DNA from: an uncultured Bacillota bacterium
Lineage (GTDB): Bacteria > Bacillota > Clostridia > Christensenellales > QAND01
Length of the DNA stretch: 64,000 bases
Assembly: GCA_905208455.1 (NCBI GenBank)
Contig: CAJLPK010000001.1
Location: 72 to 64,071, forward strand
Direction of reading: 5' to 3'
Made by a program: the position numbers and the translations under genes. The notes beneath the pieces are model-generated. The model was not told where the DNA came from. It made no database searches and saw only the letters and a list, made by a program, of their open reading frames with translations. This document shows positions 1 to 10,921 of the stretch, piece after piece (position 1 is the first letter of the stretch; every line of letters begins with the position of its first letter).

Positions 1-126
1 GACTATGGAAAGATGGTGGGGCTGTCGGGAACCAGCGTGGTGGCAGTTTCGCTCAAAGAAGCAGTGAATATGCGCAAGGAAGTGGATGCAGAGCTATACG
101 AAATCGCTGAAATGTGTTGCAGATAG
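1..126 (+). CDS. 3' end of an unidentified gene (C-terminal 41 aa, stop TAG at 124-126)
   Basis: Open frame runs from the window edge to TAG. It is followed by a hairpin plus T-tract terminator. The family could not be recognised. Confidence 0.35.
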   Translation, partial: DYGKMVGLSGTSVVAVSLKEAVNMRKEVDAELYEIAEMCCR

Positions 127-148
127 GAAAAATAAGGGGTATCATGAA

Positions 149-192
149 CGTAGTCATTCCCGTGGAGGGAATGGCTACGTTGTTGTTTTTTT
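149..192 (+). terminator. Rho-independent terminator
   Basis: Inverted repeat cgtagtcattccc/gggaatggctacg followed by ttgttgttttttt. Confidence 0.6.
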
Positions 193-213
193 GGCAGATC
201 GGAGGAGGCAAGA

Positions 214-1026
214 TTGAAAAACAGTAAGCGTATGATCAGCATTTTGCTGTCTGTCGTCTGCGCAGCGGCTTTCACTGGCTGCGGCGGGCAGGCGGAGGAG
301 CCTGTTCCTACGGTGGCGCCGGCGCCCTCGGCGGCATCCGGCGAGAATCCGCTTAACAATGCAATCATAGACTATATGAACCAAAGGGATTACAGCATCG
401 CAAAAGCCAATGAAATCATGGAAACCTATCAGCCGGAGGAAGGGCAGACCGATTATACAAACCTCATCAGCTCGCTATTCACCCCGAATTTTCGCGCAGA
501 TGATGAGCTTGTGGATTTGCTGCAATCTATGGTACAATCGGAAAAGACGGAAGCAGGCTTTCATATGACCTCTGAAAACGGGGGCAGTGGTGATTTGGTA
601 CTGGAAAACGGCGTATATAAATACACGTTTCAGGAGCAGATCACCGAAAGCGATGAGACTGTTACAACGATTTCACATTCCGCGACCCTGCTTGAAGACG
701 GCAGCCAAATGGATGTAAAGACAGAAAGCATCCAGCAGGGGGGCGTTCCTGTTTTAGAAAACTGGCTGCAGGTCAAAAAGCAAGACGGTGCTTATCAAGT
801 ACAACAATTTTATACGGATGATGGCGGTAGTACGCATCAGCTGATCCAAATGAGATTTCGACAGGAGGAGCTTTCCTATGCGGTGTATGACAACGTAGAG
901 GAAAAGCCGGCCAGCATATTTGAATCCGATGTATTTTTGGCAAATGGGTTTGTGACCAGCGTTACGCTCAAAGATGGCAAGGTCACGGTCGAAAATGATG
1001 GGAAGGAATTGGTGTTTGGCGCATAA
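214..1026 (+). CDS. Putative lipoprotein, function unknown
   Basis: N-terminal signal peptide with a lipobox (AAFTGCGG). Start is TTG at 214, with RBS GGAGGAGG 5 nt upstream. No recognisable catalytic motif. Confidence 0.5.
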   Translation: MKNSKRMISILLSVVCAAAFTGCGGQAEEPVPTVAPAPSAASGENPLNNAIIDYMNQRDYSIAKANEIMETYQPEEGQTDYTNLISSLFTPNFRADDELVDLLQSMVQSEKTEAGFHMTSENGGSGDLVLENGVYKYTFQEQITESDETVTTISHSATLLEDGSQMDVKTESIQQGGVPVLENWLQVKKQDGAYQVQQFYTDDGGSTHQLIQMRFRQEELSYAVYDNVEEKPASIFESDVFLANGFVTSVTLKDGKVTVENDGKELVFGA

Positions 1027-1069
1027 ACTTGTCCATAGCCGCAAAAAGGCGGAGCAATAATTTGGAGGG

Positions 1070-2305
1070 GTGAATCGTTTCATGAGAAGCAAGGAGATCG
1101 CAATTGTCGGAGCTGGTAAAATCGGGCGCGGGTATCTATCGGACTTATTTTCGCGGGCAGGCTATCATTTGATTTTTATCAATGGGTCGCCGGTTACAGT
1201 GGATAAGCTGAACGAGCAAGGCTATTATACGCTGTTTACCGCAAAATCAGACGGGCTGGATAAACGGAAAATTGCAGGATTTGAGGCTTACAGCTCTAAG
1301 CGGGATTTTGATGTTTGTGTGGAGCGCCTGCAAAAGGTCGACCTTGTTGCGGTGGCATTGTATCCAGGCGCATATCCGTCGGTAGCAGACCTGCTGGCCA
1401 AGACCATTATAAAAAGAATGGAGTCAGGGCTGGAAGAGCCGTTGAACGTCATGTTCTTTGTAAACATGGTATTTACAGCCAGGACATTCAAAACCCTGCT
1501 GCGCGAACGGATGGATGACAAACAATGGGCGTACTGCGAAACGCATGTGGGCCTGGTGGAGGCGCTGACCCATCGCGGTGGATATAATCCCACAGAGGAG
1601 ATGCTGGCAGAAGATCCCCTCTGTATTTCTACGGGCGAGGGCGAAGTGCTCCCTGTCGGCGATTGCTTTGTAGGAGAAAAACCGGATATGCCGTATATGC
1701 AGTTTGTGGACCGCATTGAAGGGCGTATGGTAAAGAAGATATGGTGCGGCAATATGAGGCACTGTACAACGGCGTGTATCGGCAAAGCCCGCGGCGCTAA
1801 GTATACGTTTGAATGTGCAAATGATCAATATGTCCGTAAATGTGCGGACTATGCCACCGTAGAGGCGAAATTTGGCATTGCCAAGGAATTTGGGTTTACT
1901 CAGGCAGAGATTGATGAGGGTGTTGGGCTGAACTGGGATTCCATGAAAAATCCCAATGCCAAGGACGATGTGGACCGTGTTTGTGCGGATCCTATTCGCA
2001 AGCTGGGCCATGATGAACGATTCATTGGACCGGCATTGCTGTGCTTGAAATATGGTATGGTGCCATATTTTTTGGCCAGAGGCGCAGCGTACCTGCTAAG
2101 ATATGAAAATGAGAAAGACGCGAGTGCTGTGGAGATTCAGGCGTACCGCAAGGAACAGGGCAATGAAAAAACCATTTTGAAATACTGTGGGCTGGATCGG
2201 GGCATTGAGAGCGAGGATGTATTATTCCAGTTGATTTTAGGGCAGATGGAGGAGCTGGAAGATCATGACTGGCAGGGCGCAAAAGCCTGGCAGATGGTAG
2301 ATTGA
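1070..2305 (+). CDS. Mannitol dehydrogenase family oxidoreductase (mannitol-1-phosphate 5-dehydrogenase-like)
   Basis: N-terminal Rossmann fold IAIVGAGKIGRG. Also carries family-like motifs KDDVDRV...IRKLGHDERF and HVGLVEAL resembling MtlD. Confidence 0.6.
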   Translation: MNRFMRSKEIAIVGAGKIGRGYLSDLFSRAGYHLIFINGSPVTVDKLNEQGYYTLFTAKSDGLDKRKIAGFEAYSSKRDFDVCVERLQKVDLVAVALYPGAYPSVADLLAKTIIKRMESGLEEPLNVMFFVNMVFTARTFKTLLRERMDDKQWAYCETHVGLVEALTHRGGYNPTEEMLAEDPLCISTGEGEVLPVGDCFVGEKPDMPYMQFVDRIEGRMVKKIWCGNMRHCTTACIGKARGAKYTFECANDQYVRKCADYATVEAKFGIAKEFGFTQAEIDEGVGLNWDSMKNPNAKDDVDRVCADPIRKLGHDERFIGPALLCLKYGMVPYFLARGAAYLLRYENEKDASAVEIQAYRKEQGNEKTILKYCGLDRGIESEDVLFQLILGQMEELEDHDWQGAKAWQMVD

Positions 2306-2314
2306 AAAAATAAA

Positions 2315-2342
2315 AGAGCAAGCTATGCTTGCTCTTTTTTTG
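2315..2342 (+). terminator. Rho-independent terminator
   Basis: Hairpin agagcaagc-tat-gcttgctct followed by a T7 tract. Confidence 0.8.
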
Positions 2343-2593
2343 TAGAAAGACAGCAAAGCTGCATTCCTACATGCGGGGTGCGATGCACAGAAATTACTGT
2401 ACGTTATCGCGGCTCTGTTTGTTTTGCTGCTTTACCTCAGCGGAATCGAACGAAGAAGAGCTCTGAGAATGCTGAGCGCTCTGCTTGTTCATCTGCTGGG
2501 TCTTCTGCATCTTGTTTTTCTTTGCCATGATTTATCACCTCGAAATTAGTATGGGATTTTGCAAGGTTCCTATGCTGGCAAATGATTACAAAG

Positions 2594-2619
2594 AAAAAAG
2601 GCGCTGTCAGCGCCTTTTC
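2594..2619. terminator. Bidirectional terminator hairpin
   Basis: Hairpin ggcgctg-tca-gcgcc flanked by an A-tract and a T-tract. Sits 3' of the minus-strand permease. Confidence 0.6.
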
Positions 2620-2629
2620 AGGAAAAATT

Positions 2630-3922
2630 TTACATTTTTTCTGGCAGTATCTTGTTGAGAATTACACCTAGAATGGCGCAGATGGCAATGTTGCTGATGG
2701 TAAAGGATTCCGTGATTTGGATACCGCCTGAAAGCCCGAGCCCGCTGACAAGCATGACGGCGACGATCATTAGATTGCGGCTATGGGTAAAATCAAGCTG
2801 TGCCTCTACCAGGGTGCGCATGCCGACAGCGGAGATCATCCCGAAAAGGATGATGGACACGCCTCCCATGACAGGACCGGGGATAGAGGAAAGAAATGTT
2901 TGAAATACGCCTAAAAAGCTCATAAGAATCGCAAAAACAGCCGCAATGCGCAGCGTTGTAGGATTATAGTTTTTCGTAACGGCCAATACACCGGTATTTT
3001 CACTGTAAGTGGTATTGGCCGGGCCGCCCAAGCAGCCTGCTGCCATGGTAGCCAGCCCATCGCCGAGCAAGGTGCGGTGAAGCCCGGGGTCTTGCATGAA
3101 GTTTTTCCCGACAACAGCGCCGTTGGTAGTAATATCGCCGATATGCTCCATGAAAGTAACCAATGTTGTAGGGGCAATGATGAGAATGGCGCTCAAATCA
3201 AATTTTGGCAAAAGGAAGTGGGGGGCGCTGATGCCTAAGCTGCCGGCTGAAAATACGGAAAAATCCACTTGCCCCATGATAGCCGCCACAATGTAGCCTA
3301 CTGCAATACCGAACACAATAGGAACGAGCTTGAAAAAGCCTTTACAGAAAATCGACACGATAATCATAGTGGCAACCACCGATACGGCGATGACCCAGCG
3401 CATCCAGAGCACGTCTGGAACAGCGGTTGTGCTGGCCAAGATATTATCAAAGGCCGTGGGCGCCAATGTCAGGCCGATGACTACGATCATAGGGCCTGTG
3501 ACGACGGGAGGAAAAAAGCTTGTAACCCGCGCAACGCCGAATAATTTGACCAGGAGGGCCAGCACAAGATACAAGGCTCCGGCGACAATGATCCCCCCTG
3601 TTACATAAGGGAAAGCGGCCTGATAAGCCGGCAGGGAGGTATAGTTGGCCATCCCGGCATCTACGCCGCTATACATACAAGCGGTGATCTGGATGACCCC
3701 GATGAATGCAAAGCTGGAACCAACAAAAACAGGCACCTTCCCCTTTGTGCAAAGATGAAAGATCAGTGTGCCGAGCCCGGCGGTAAACAGCGCGACATTG
3801 GGGTTCAGGCCGGTTAGGATGGGGACCAATACCGTCGAACCAAACATGGCGAACAGGTGCTGGATCCCTAGCAATAAGTTTTTGCCAACGCCCATGTTGG
3901 CAGGGGACTGCTGCATATACAT
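2630..3922 (-). CDS. Uracil/xanthine permease (NCS2 family)
   Basis: 430 aa polytopic membrane protein. N-terminal [16 protein letters not shown] is typical of PyrP/UraA. RBS aaggagg precedes the ATG. Confidence 0.85.
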   Translation of the reverse strand: MYMQQSPANMGVGKNLLLGIQHLFAMFGSTVLVPILTGLNPNVALFTAGLGTLIFHLCTKGKVPVFVGSSFAFIGVIQITACMYSGVDAGMANYTSLPAYQAAFPYVTGGIIVAGALYLVLALLVKLFGVARVTSFFPPVVTGPMIVVIGLTLAPTAFDNILASTTAVPDVLWMRWVIAVSVVATMIIVSIFCKGFFKLVPIVFGIAVGYIVAAIMGQVDFSVFSAGSLGISAPHFLLPKFDLSAILIIAPTTLVTFMEHIGDITTNGAVVGKNFMQDPGLHRTLLGDGLATMAAGCLGGPANTTYSENTGVLAVTKNYNPTTLRIAAVFAILMSFLGVFQTFLSSIPGPVMGGVSIILFGMISAVGMRTLVEAQLDFTHSRNLMIVAVMLVSGLGLSGGIQITESFTISNIAICAILGVILNKILPEKM

Positions 3923-4293
3923 ATCCTCCTTTGTTGAGATAGGCTCTTGAAATGAGCCTCATAAAAAAAGCCCTGTATAAAAACAAGGGACAAGTCAGGA
4001 TGACTGGACAAAGGCAGATGAAAATATCTTGAATAAGTATAGCATACGATTTGAGTATTCTCAATGGAAAAAACATAGAAATGACGAATTTATGACAAAT
4101 TTATCGAGCTGTTTTCAAACGATATCCTTGCGAACAGAGAGGCTTGCATGCTATACTGAATTAAATTGCGTATATTAGGATCTCTTCAAGGATATTTAGA
4201 CACTTGGATATTGGGAAAGGTCTGAATACGGAAGGGATTTTTCTTATTTACAGGCAAATGCCTGGCAGTGTGTATGGGGAAAGGATCGTAAAA

Positions 4294-5484
4294 ATGGAAT
4301 TTAAGCAAATGGCCCTTTCAAACGAGATGCAGCGGGCAATTCAGGAAATGGGATTCACTGACATGACAGAGGTTCAGGAAAAGACCATACCTGAAATGAT
4401 GGCGGGTAAGGATGTCATCGCAAAAGCACCGACAGGAACTGGAAAGACCTGTGCGTTTGGCGTGCCGCTCCTTGAACAAATGGATGGGCAGGAGGATGCG
4501 CTTCAATGCCTGATTTTAGCGCCTACCAGAGAATTGACCAGCCAAATCACAGAGGATTTGCGCGCTATGGCAAAGTACAAGGAAGGGCTTCGTATTGTCA
4601 GCGTGTATGGGGGGCAGTCCATGCAGCGGCAAATAGAGCATTTGAAAAAGAAACCACAGGTTATTGTGGCAACACCAGGCCGGCTGCTGGATCATATGAA
4701 AAGAAAGACAGTTAAACTGCACGCGCTGAAGACAATCGTTTTGGATGAAGCAGATGAAATGCTGGATATGGGATTTATCAAGGACGTAACAAGCATTTTA
4801 GACCGATGTCCCAAGAAAAAACAGGTAGTGATGTTTTCGGCCACGATTTCAAGAGAGGTTATGGATATTTCCTGGCTGTACCAGAGAGAGGTTGTGGAGA
4901 TTACAGTACTTCCCAAGGAGAAAAATGAGCCGAAGATTGCACAGTATAGCCTGCATGCAGAGGGAGATGAAAAGCTGCAGGTGCTTGCACGGCTGCTGCA
5001 CCAGGCAGATTGGCAGCGGGTCATGATCTTTTGCAATACAAAATACATGGCGGATCGCCTGGCAAAACGATTGCGGGCGCGGGAGATTGAGGCAGACTGC
5101 CTGCATGGGGATATCAAGCAAAGTGTTCGCAACAAAGTAATGAAGGATTTTAGGGAAGGGAAATTCCCTGTCCTAGTGGCTACGGATGTAGCGGCACGCG
5201 GCATTGATGTAGATGATATTGATGCAGTAATCAATTTTGATATGCCGGCGGACAATGCTTCCTACCTGCATCGGATCGGAAGGACGGGCCGGGCCGGAAA
5301 AGAGGGCGTGGCCTATTCGCTGGTATCCATTACAGAGACAGACCGGCTGGAGTCTATCATGCGGTGGACAAAGCATCAAATTACGGCGCTTCGCATGGAT
5401 GCAGAAGGAAACCTGGAGGAGGCGCCGAAAGAGATAGCAAGAAAAACGGCAGCCCCTATGAGAAGGCGGAGACGGCGCCGATAA
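4294..5484 (+). CDS. DEAD-box ATP-dependent RNA helicase with Arg-rich C-terminal tail
   Basis: Motifs Q, I (APTGTGKT), II (DEADEM), III (SAT) and VI (HRIGRTGRAG) are present. C-terminus is RRRRRRR. Start chosen at ATG 4294 with an upstream RBS; the track ORF begins at 4204. Confidence 0.9.
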   Translation: MEFKQMALSNEMQRAIQEMGFTDMTEVQEKTIPEMMAGKDVIAKAPTGTGKTCAFGVPLLEQMDGQEDALQCLILAPTRELTSQITEDLRAMAKYKEGLRIVSVYGGQSMQRQIEHLKKKPQVIVATPGRLLDHMKRKTVKLHALKTIVLDEADEMLDMGFIKDVTSILDRCPKKKQVVMFSATISREVMDISWLYQREVVEITVLPKEKNEPKIAQYSLHAEGDEKLQVLARLLHQADWQRVMIFCNTKYMADRLAKRLRAREIEADCLHGDIKQSVRNKVMKDFREGKFPVLVATDVAARGIDVDDIDAVINFDMPADNASYLHRIGRTGRAGKEGVAYSLVSITETDRLESIMRWTKHQITALRMDAEGNLEEAPKEIARKTAAPMRRRRRRR

Positions 5485-5534
5485 AAATTGCGCTTGACGG
5501 AGGCGGGCAGAATTTGTTATACTAACCTCTGCAA

Positions 5535-5621
5535 GCCGAAGTGGTGGAATTGGCAGACGCGTTGGACTCAAAATCCAATGTAGGCAACTACGTGTGGGTT
5601 CAAGTCCCACCTTCGGCACCA
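5535..5621 (+). tRNA. tRNA-Leu (anticodon CAA), type II with long variable arm, CCA encoded
   Basis: Acceptor stem GCCGAAG/CTTCGGC. Anticodon loop is CTCAAAA. Discriminator is A73 and the 3' end is CCA. Confidence 0.9.
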
Positions 5622-5623
5622 CA

Positions 5624-5656
5624 TCGGAACGAGTTGCGCTCGTTCCGATTTTTTTA
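5624..5656 (+). terminator. Rho-independent terminator after the tRNA
   Basis: Hairpin tcggaacgag-ttgc-gctcgttccga followed by tttttttatttt. Confidence 0.8.
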
Positions 5657-5902
5657 TTTTATAAAAAATCAGTCACCCGCGCCACGGTTCCTCCTTTTCG
5701 GCAAAAAAGTCACGCTGCGCCTGCGCTGTCCGCTTGTAAACGCGCTCACAACACTTTGGCTTGCTGTGGGCTTTTTGCGGGGTAGTGCGATGGTTCCTTA
5801 CTGGCATCTTTTTTGTAGCGCAAACCCGGTATCCAATACCGTGACCTATTTTGATAGGTTGCGGTATTTTTATGCTTCCAAGCGCACTCCCGCAATTATA
5901 TA

Positions 5903-6100
5903 ATGGTGTATATATCAACAGAAGGGGCGTTAGTGTGGATGTGGGCTGCGGTTTTTTTCATAATGCTGATTCTATTCATTGCGGCAGGAGGAGCAAAAAA
6001 GAAATCGCCTAAAAATGAACGAAAGGATAGCAAAGAGATAACGGAAGAAGATATATTTATGATGTTTATGCTAGAGCGCCATAAGGACGATCGGAAATAA
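5903..6100 (+). CDS. Hypothetical small membrane protein
   Basis: One predicted TM helix (WAAVFFIMLILFIAAGG) followed by a charged tail. An RBS-like gaagggg lies upstream. No recognisable family. Confidence 0.25.
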   Translation: MVYISTEGALVWMWAAVFFIMLILFIAAGGAKKKSPKNERKDSKEITEEDIFMMFMLERHKDDRK

Positions 6101-6229
6101 AGGATGAGGGATGAACGAAAAAGAAGTGCTTGGATGGAAGGGCTTCTTTTTTCTTAAAGGCGTGGAAACACTGAAAAATGGGAAATGATGAGGTATAATA
6201 GGATCAAAAGGCGAAAGGGGCAGAAAGGT

Positions 6230-7555
6230 GTGCAGAGATCATTGTTTGAAAATCAGGGGCATGACCCTTTGGCCAGCCGATTACGGCCAGAAACGCTGGA
6301 GGGATATGTTGGCCAGACGCATTTGCTGGGCAAAGGGAAGGTACTGCGGCAGCTGATCGAGCAGGATCAGATTTGTTCTATGATCTTTTGGGGCCCGCCC
6401 GGCGTAGGCAAAACGACATTGGCGCGTATCATTGCAGAGAAAACACGGGCCAGGTTTGTAGACTTTAGTGCCGTAACAAGCGGCATAAAGGAAATCAAAA
6501 AGGTGATGACAGAAGCGGATCACAGCAGAATGCTGGGGGAAAAGACCGTTTTGTTTGTGGATGAGATCCATCGGTTCAACAAAGCGCAGCAGGATGCGTT
6601 TTTGCCGTTTGTGGAAAAAGGAAGCATCATTTTGATTGGCGCGACAACGGAAAATCCTTCCTTTGAGGTAAACTCGGCATTGCTGAGCCGATGCAAGGTG
6701 TTTGTATTGCAGCCGTTGTCTGTACAAGAGCTAAAAACATTATTGCACCGTGCTTTAGCGGATGAAAGGGGTTTTGCAAAGCAGCAGATAAAAATTCAGG
6801 AGGAATGGCTGGAGATGATTGCGGCGTTTGCCAACGGCGACGCCAGGGTAGCGCTGAATACGCTGGAGATGGTGGTGCTTAACGGCAAAAAGGAAGGCGA
6901 TGCCGTTGAGGTCTCCCGTGAGATGGTGGAGCAGTGTATCGGCCAGAAGTCTTTGCTGTATGATAAAAACGGGGAAGAACACTACAATCTCATTTCTGCG
7001 CTGCACAAATCCATGCGCAACAGCGACGCAGATGCGGCTGTCTACTGGCTGGCCCGCATGCTGGAAGCAGGAGAGGATCCATTGTATGTAGCTAGGCGTT
7101 TGGTGCGTTTTGCAGACGAGGATGTTGGCATGGCGGACAGCCGTGCCATCGAAATCGCTGTGGCAGCCTATCAGGCCTGCCATTTTATCGGGATGCCGGA
7201 GTGTACGGTGAACCTGACACATGCAGTGGTCTATTTAGCGATGGCGCCTAAGAGCAATGCCTTGTACATAGCATATGAATCCGCCAAAGGGGATGCAATG
7301 AAAATGCTTGCAGAGCCGGTGCCGCTGCAGCTGCGCAATGCACCGACCAAGCTGATGAAGGAGCTGCATTATGGAGAAGGATATCAGTATGCGCATGATG
7401 CGTCTGAAAAGCTGACGGATATGCAGTGCCTGCCTGAATCGCTGAAGGATAGACGGTACTATCGCCCAACAGAGCAGGGCTCAGAAGCAAAGGTGAAGCA
7501 ACGTATGCAGCAGATTGCGCAATGGCATCGCCAGCACGATCTGAATAAAGAATAG
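6230..7555 (+). CDS. rarA: Replication-associated recombination protein A (AAA+ ATPase RarA/MgsA)
   Basis: Walker A FWGPPGVGKTTLARIIA and Walker B VLFVDEIHRFNK. C-terminal MgsA helical domain is present. Start chosen at GTG 6230 after RBS aaagggg; the track ORF begins at 6185. Confidence 0.85.
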   Translation: MQRSLFENQGHDPLASRLRPETLEGYVGQTHLLGKGKVLRQLIEQDQICSMIFWGPPGVGKTTLARIIAEKTRARFVDFSAVTSGIKEIKKVMTEADHSRMLGEKTVLFVDEIHRFNKAQQDAFLPFVEKGSIILIGATTENPSFEVNSALLSRCKVFVLQPLSVQELKTLLHRALADERGFAKQQIKIQEEWLEMIAAFANGDARVALNTLEMVVLNGKKEGDAVEVSREMVEQCIGQKSLLYDKNGEEHYNLISALHKSMRNSDADAAVYWLARMLEAGEDPLYVARRLVRFADEDVGMADSRAIEIAVAAYQACHFIGMPECTVNLTHAVVYLAMAPKSNALYIAYESAKGDAMKMLAEPVPLQLRNAPTKLMKELHYGEGYQYAHDASEKLTDMQCLPESLKDRRYYRPTEQGSEAKVKQRMQQIAQWHRQHDLNKE

Positions 7556-7727
7556 GAAAAAGGCTTCTATGCAGCAGGCATAGGGGCTTTTTTGCAGGAA
7601 AAGGCAAAAGAAAAAAGACGCATTTGATAAAATTTTGGCGGAGGGCTATGCGCAGGTACAGGGGTGCTTTTTTGATTTTTACTATGGGGTATGATAAAAT
7701 CATCTATAAAACAAAGGAGGCGGCGCC

Positions 7728-10310
7728 ATGCCTACATTGATTGCGATTGACGGAAACAGCCTTCTGTTCCGTGCTTTTCATGCCTTGCCGATATTAACGG
7801 ATGCAAAGGGGCGCTATACCAATGCGGTATACGGGTTCATGGGCATGCTCATTCGTTTGATCCAAGAGGAAAAACCGGATTATTTGGCGGTGGCGTTTGA
7901 TCTAAAAGCGCCGACCTTTCGCCATTTACAATATAAAGATTATAAAGCGGGCCGAAAGGCGACCCCTGAGGAGCTGATCCCACAGTTTGAGCTTTTGAAA
8001 CAGACGCTGGGGGAATTAGGGATTGCCGTGTTGTCCTGCGAAGGATATGAAGCGGACGATATTTTGGGCGCAATGGGAGCGCTGGCAAAGCAAAATGGCT
8101 GCCAGGCGCTGCTGGTTACGGGAGACAAGGACGCATTGCAGCTGGTAGGCGGGCCGGTCAAGGTCCTATATACCAAGCGCGGTATTTCAGATACCGACCT
8201 GATGGATGCTGAGGCGGTAAAGAAAAAGATGGGTGTTTACCCGGAGCTTGTAGCAGACCTAAAAGGACTGATGGGCGATAGTTCTGACAATATCCCGGGC
8301 GTGCCGGGCGTGGGCCCCAAAACGGCGGCCAAGCTGCTGGACAAATTCGGCACGCTGGAAGAGGTATTGGCACATGCGGAGGAGGCAGGCGGCCCGAAGC
8401 TTCGGCAGTCGCTGATAACCTATGCAGACCAGGCCAGACAAAGCAAATTTTTAGCGACCATTGATCCCAAAGTGCCTTGTGATTTCCAATTGGAAGGAAT
8501 TGCGTTTGCGGGGGTCGACGAGTCCGTCTGGACGCCGGTATTTACAGACCTTGGCTTTTCAACACTGGCCAAGCGGCTGGGGCTCGCTGCGGACAGCCAA
8601 GAGGCCCAGGCGGCTGCGCTGCCGGAGATAACGACCCGAAGAGTCGAGAGCCTGGCGCAATGGCGCGAAGTGATAAGCGCCTGCCCGCAGACTGTGGCAT
8701 TGTATGAAGACAAAGAGGGGCTGCATCTGGCGGTTTCCGACACAGAAGAAGTGTATGCTGCGTTTTCACAGACATTGCTGGGCGATGGGGTGGACCCTTA
8801 CGCAGCGTTGGAGATGCTGGCCCCCATGATGGCGGACGCCAGCATCGAAAAGATTTTATACGATGCAAAAAGCTGGGCACATACCATGCGCCAATGGGGG
8901 GTAGAGATACGAGGCGAGTGCCAGGATGTAATGCTGGCGGCCTATGTGGAAAATCCGGCCCAGGGGCAAAAGGATATACAGGCCTTATGCCAGACACACG
9001 GGCTTTTGGCGCCTGACCAGGCCGCCAATGCCTGCACCATGCTCCGGCTTTACCGCAAGATAGAGGCAGGACTAAAGCAATGGCGTGGCTTTGAAGTATA
9101 TCAGACACTGGAGCTGCCGCTATGGCGTGTGCTGTTTGCTATGGAATGTACCGGCTTTCGCTTGGATCTGGCACAGCTGCACGATTTGGCACAGCAGTAT
9201 GCTGAACGAATCAAAGAGCTGGAAGAAGAGATCTATGGCCTGGCGGGGGAGCAATTTAACATCAACTCTACCAAGCAGCTGGGAGAGGTATTGTTTGAAA
9301 AGCTGCGGCTGCCGGCCTGGAAAAAGACAAAGACGGGCTATTCGACGGATGTGGAGGTGCTGGAGCAGCTAAAAGGACAGCATCCCATCATTGCGTGTAT
9401 TTTGGAATATAGAAAAGCGGCAAAGCTGAAGAGCACGTATTTGGACGGATTACAGGCGTTGGCAGACCAGAGCAATGGCAGAGTCCATACGAGATTCCAC
9501 CAAAATATTACGCTGACGGGGCGCATCTCTTCTTCCGAGCCAAATTTGCAGAACATCCCTGTACGCACGGAGGAAGGACGGGAGATCCGCAGGGCCTTTA
9601 TCCCGTCAGGGCAGGGCCGCATATTGGTGGTGGCGGACTATTCGCAGATCGAGCTGCGCATTCTGGCACATATGGCCCAGGAGGACACAATGATCGATAC
9701 CTTCCGGCATGGCGGAGATATACATACGGCCACGGCGGCGAAGGTATACGGGATTGATCAGGAGGGTGTGACAAAGGAAATGCGCTCATCGGCCAAGGCG
9801 GTGAACTTTGGCATTGTCTATGGCATTTCGGATTTTGGGCTGTCCAGAAATCTTAACATCCCCCGTAAGCAGGCAGCTGCATTGATAGAGAGCTATTTTG
9901 AGACATATCCCAAAATCAGGGGATATATGGATCGGTGTATAGCGGATGGGCGTGCGCAGGGGTATGTGGAGACCATGTATGGGCGCCGGAGGTATACGCC
10001 GGAATTGACAAGCAAAAATTATAATGTGCGCTCCTTTGGAGAAAGGGCGGCGATGAACGCGCCGATCCAGGGCACGGCGGCAGACATCATTAAGGCGGCA
10101 ATGATTCATGTGCATGAGACGCTGAAAAAGCAATGCCCTCAAGCAAAGCTTATCTTGCAGGTGCATGATGAGCTGATTGTAGATGCGCCGGAAGCGGAGG
10201 CAGAAAATGTCAAGAGGATTTTAACCGATTGTATGCAGAATGTGCTGCCGCTGGATGTGCCGTTGATTGCGGAGGCGGATTCAGGGAAGAATTGGTTGGA
10301 GGCAAAATGA
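7728..10310 (+). CDS. polA: DNA polymerase I
   Basis: 5'-3' exonuclease N-terminus (IAIDGNSLLFRAFHAL). Pol A motifs RRAAKAVNFGIVYG and LQVHDELIV are present. 860 aa. Confidence 0.95.
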   Translation: MPTLIAIDGNSLLFRAFHALPILTDAKGRYTNAVYGFMGMLIRLIQEEKPDYLAVAFDLKAPTFRHLQYKDYKAGRKATPEELIPQFELLKQTLGELGIAVLSCEGYEADDILGAMGALAKQNGCQALLVTGDKDALQLVGGPVKVLYTKRGISDTDLMDAEAVKKKMGVYPELVADLKGLMGDSSDNIPGVPGVGPKTAAKLLDKFGTLEEVLAHAEEAGGPKLRQSLITYADQARQSKFLATIDPKVPCDFQLEGIAFAGVDESVWTPVFTDLGFSTLAKRLGLAADSQEAQAAALPEITTRRVESLAQWREVISACPQTVALYEDKEGLHLAVSDTEEVYAAFSQTLLGDGVDPYAALEMLAPMMADASIEKILYDAKSWAHTMRQWGVEIRGECQDVMLAAYVENPAQGQKDIQALCQTHGLLAPDQAANACTMLRLYRKIEAGLKQWRGFEVYQTLELPLWRVLFAMECTGFRLDLAQLHDLAQQYAERIKELEEEIYGLAGEQFNINSTKQLGEVLFEKLRLPAWKKTKTGYSTDVEVLEQLKGQHPIIACILEYRKAAKLKSTYLDGLQALADQSNGRVHTRFHQNITLTGRISSSEPNLQNIPVRTEEGREIRRAFIPSGQGRILVVADYSQIELRILAHMAQEDTMIDTFRHGGDIHTATAAKVYGIDQEGVTKEMRSSAKAVNFGIVYGISDFGLSRNLNIPRKQAAALIESYFETYPKIRGYMDRCIADGRAQGYVETMYGRRRYTPELTSKNYNVRSFGERAAMNAPIQGTAADIIKAAMIHVHETLKKQCPQAKLILQVHDELIVDAPEAEAENVKRILTDCMQNVLPLDVPLIAEADSGKNWLEAK

Positions 10311-10921
10311 CAAAACAAATCGGACGGTTTGTAATTGGCATTACAGGCAATATTGGAGCCGGGAAAAGCACCGTAACCCGAGCGCTGGCCAAAGCGGGCG
10401 CTTATGTGCTGGACGCTGATGCAATGGCCAGAGAGCTGCAAGCGCCGGGCAGCGAAGCGGTCTGCGCCATAGCAAAAGAATTTGGGGCACGGTTTGCGCC
10501 GGAAGGTATCTTGGACCGCAGGGCGCTGGCTGATTTGGTATTTGATGATGAAACAGCGCGGGTGCGGCTGAATATGCTGATGTGGCCACGGCTCATCGAA
10601 CAGACAAAGCGCAGGCTGCATGGATTGACAGGCGTCTGTATCATTGATGCGGCATTGCTGATAGAGTCCGGGCTGCATACGGTCTGTGATGAGGTCTGGC
10701 TGATTACGGCGCCGGAGGAGGTTCGGTGCGTACGCATCATGCAAAGAGACGGCTTGACACAGCAGCAGGCGTGGCAGAGAATCAAAAGCCAAATGCCTGA
10801 GGCTCAAAAGAAGGAGCAGGCCGACTATCTGCTGGATAGCACGGGGGGAGAGCATCGGCTGATTGAGCAGGCATGCGCGCTGTACGACCGTGCTGTGGGG
10901 GGACTTTATGACAAAAAGTAA
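10307..10921 (+). CDS. coaE: Dephospho-CoA kinase
   Basis: P-loop GITGNIGAGKST. ATGA start/stop overlap with polA. Size is typical for CoaE (about 204 aa). Confidence 0.85.
   Translation: MTKQIGRFVIGITGNIGAGKSTVTRALAKAGAYVLDADAMARELQAPGSEAVCAIAKEFGARFAPEGILDRRALADLVFDDETARVRLNMLMWPRLIEQTKRRLHGLTGVCIIDAALLIESGLHTVCDEVWLITAPEEVRCVRIMQRDGLTQQQAWQRIKSQMPEAQKKEQADYLLDSTGGEHRLIEQACALYDRAVGGLYDKK

Noticed and set aside
3-368. Minus-strand 121-aa ORF at the window start
   Set aside because: Overlaps a better-supported plus-strand gene end and terminator. The Ala/Ser-rich translation is typical of GC-rich noise.
1288-2011. Antisense or overlapping ORFs inside the MtlD-like gene. Many similar ones in the track, e.g. 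8542-9108, 42381-43463, 48896-49696, 50717-51382, 51398-52535
   Set aside because: They lie wholly within stronger same-locus genes on the opposite strand or in an alternate frame. They have no RBS and low-complexity translations, typical of high-GC spurious ORFs.
3923-4200. Purine or PyrR-type riboswitch/attenuator upstream of the uracil/xanthine permease
   Set aside because: No recognisable conserved core (no purine-riboswitch junction motifs and no PyrR UCCNGNGAGG loop) was seen in the leader.
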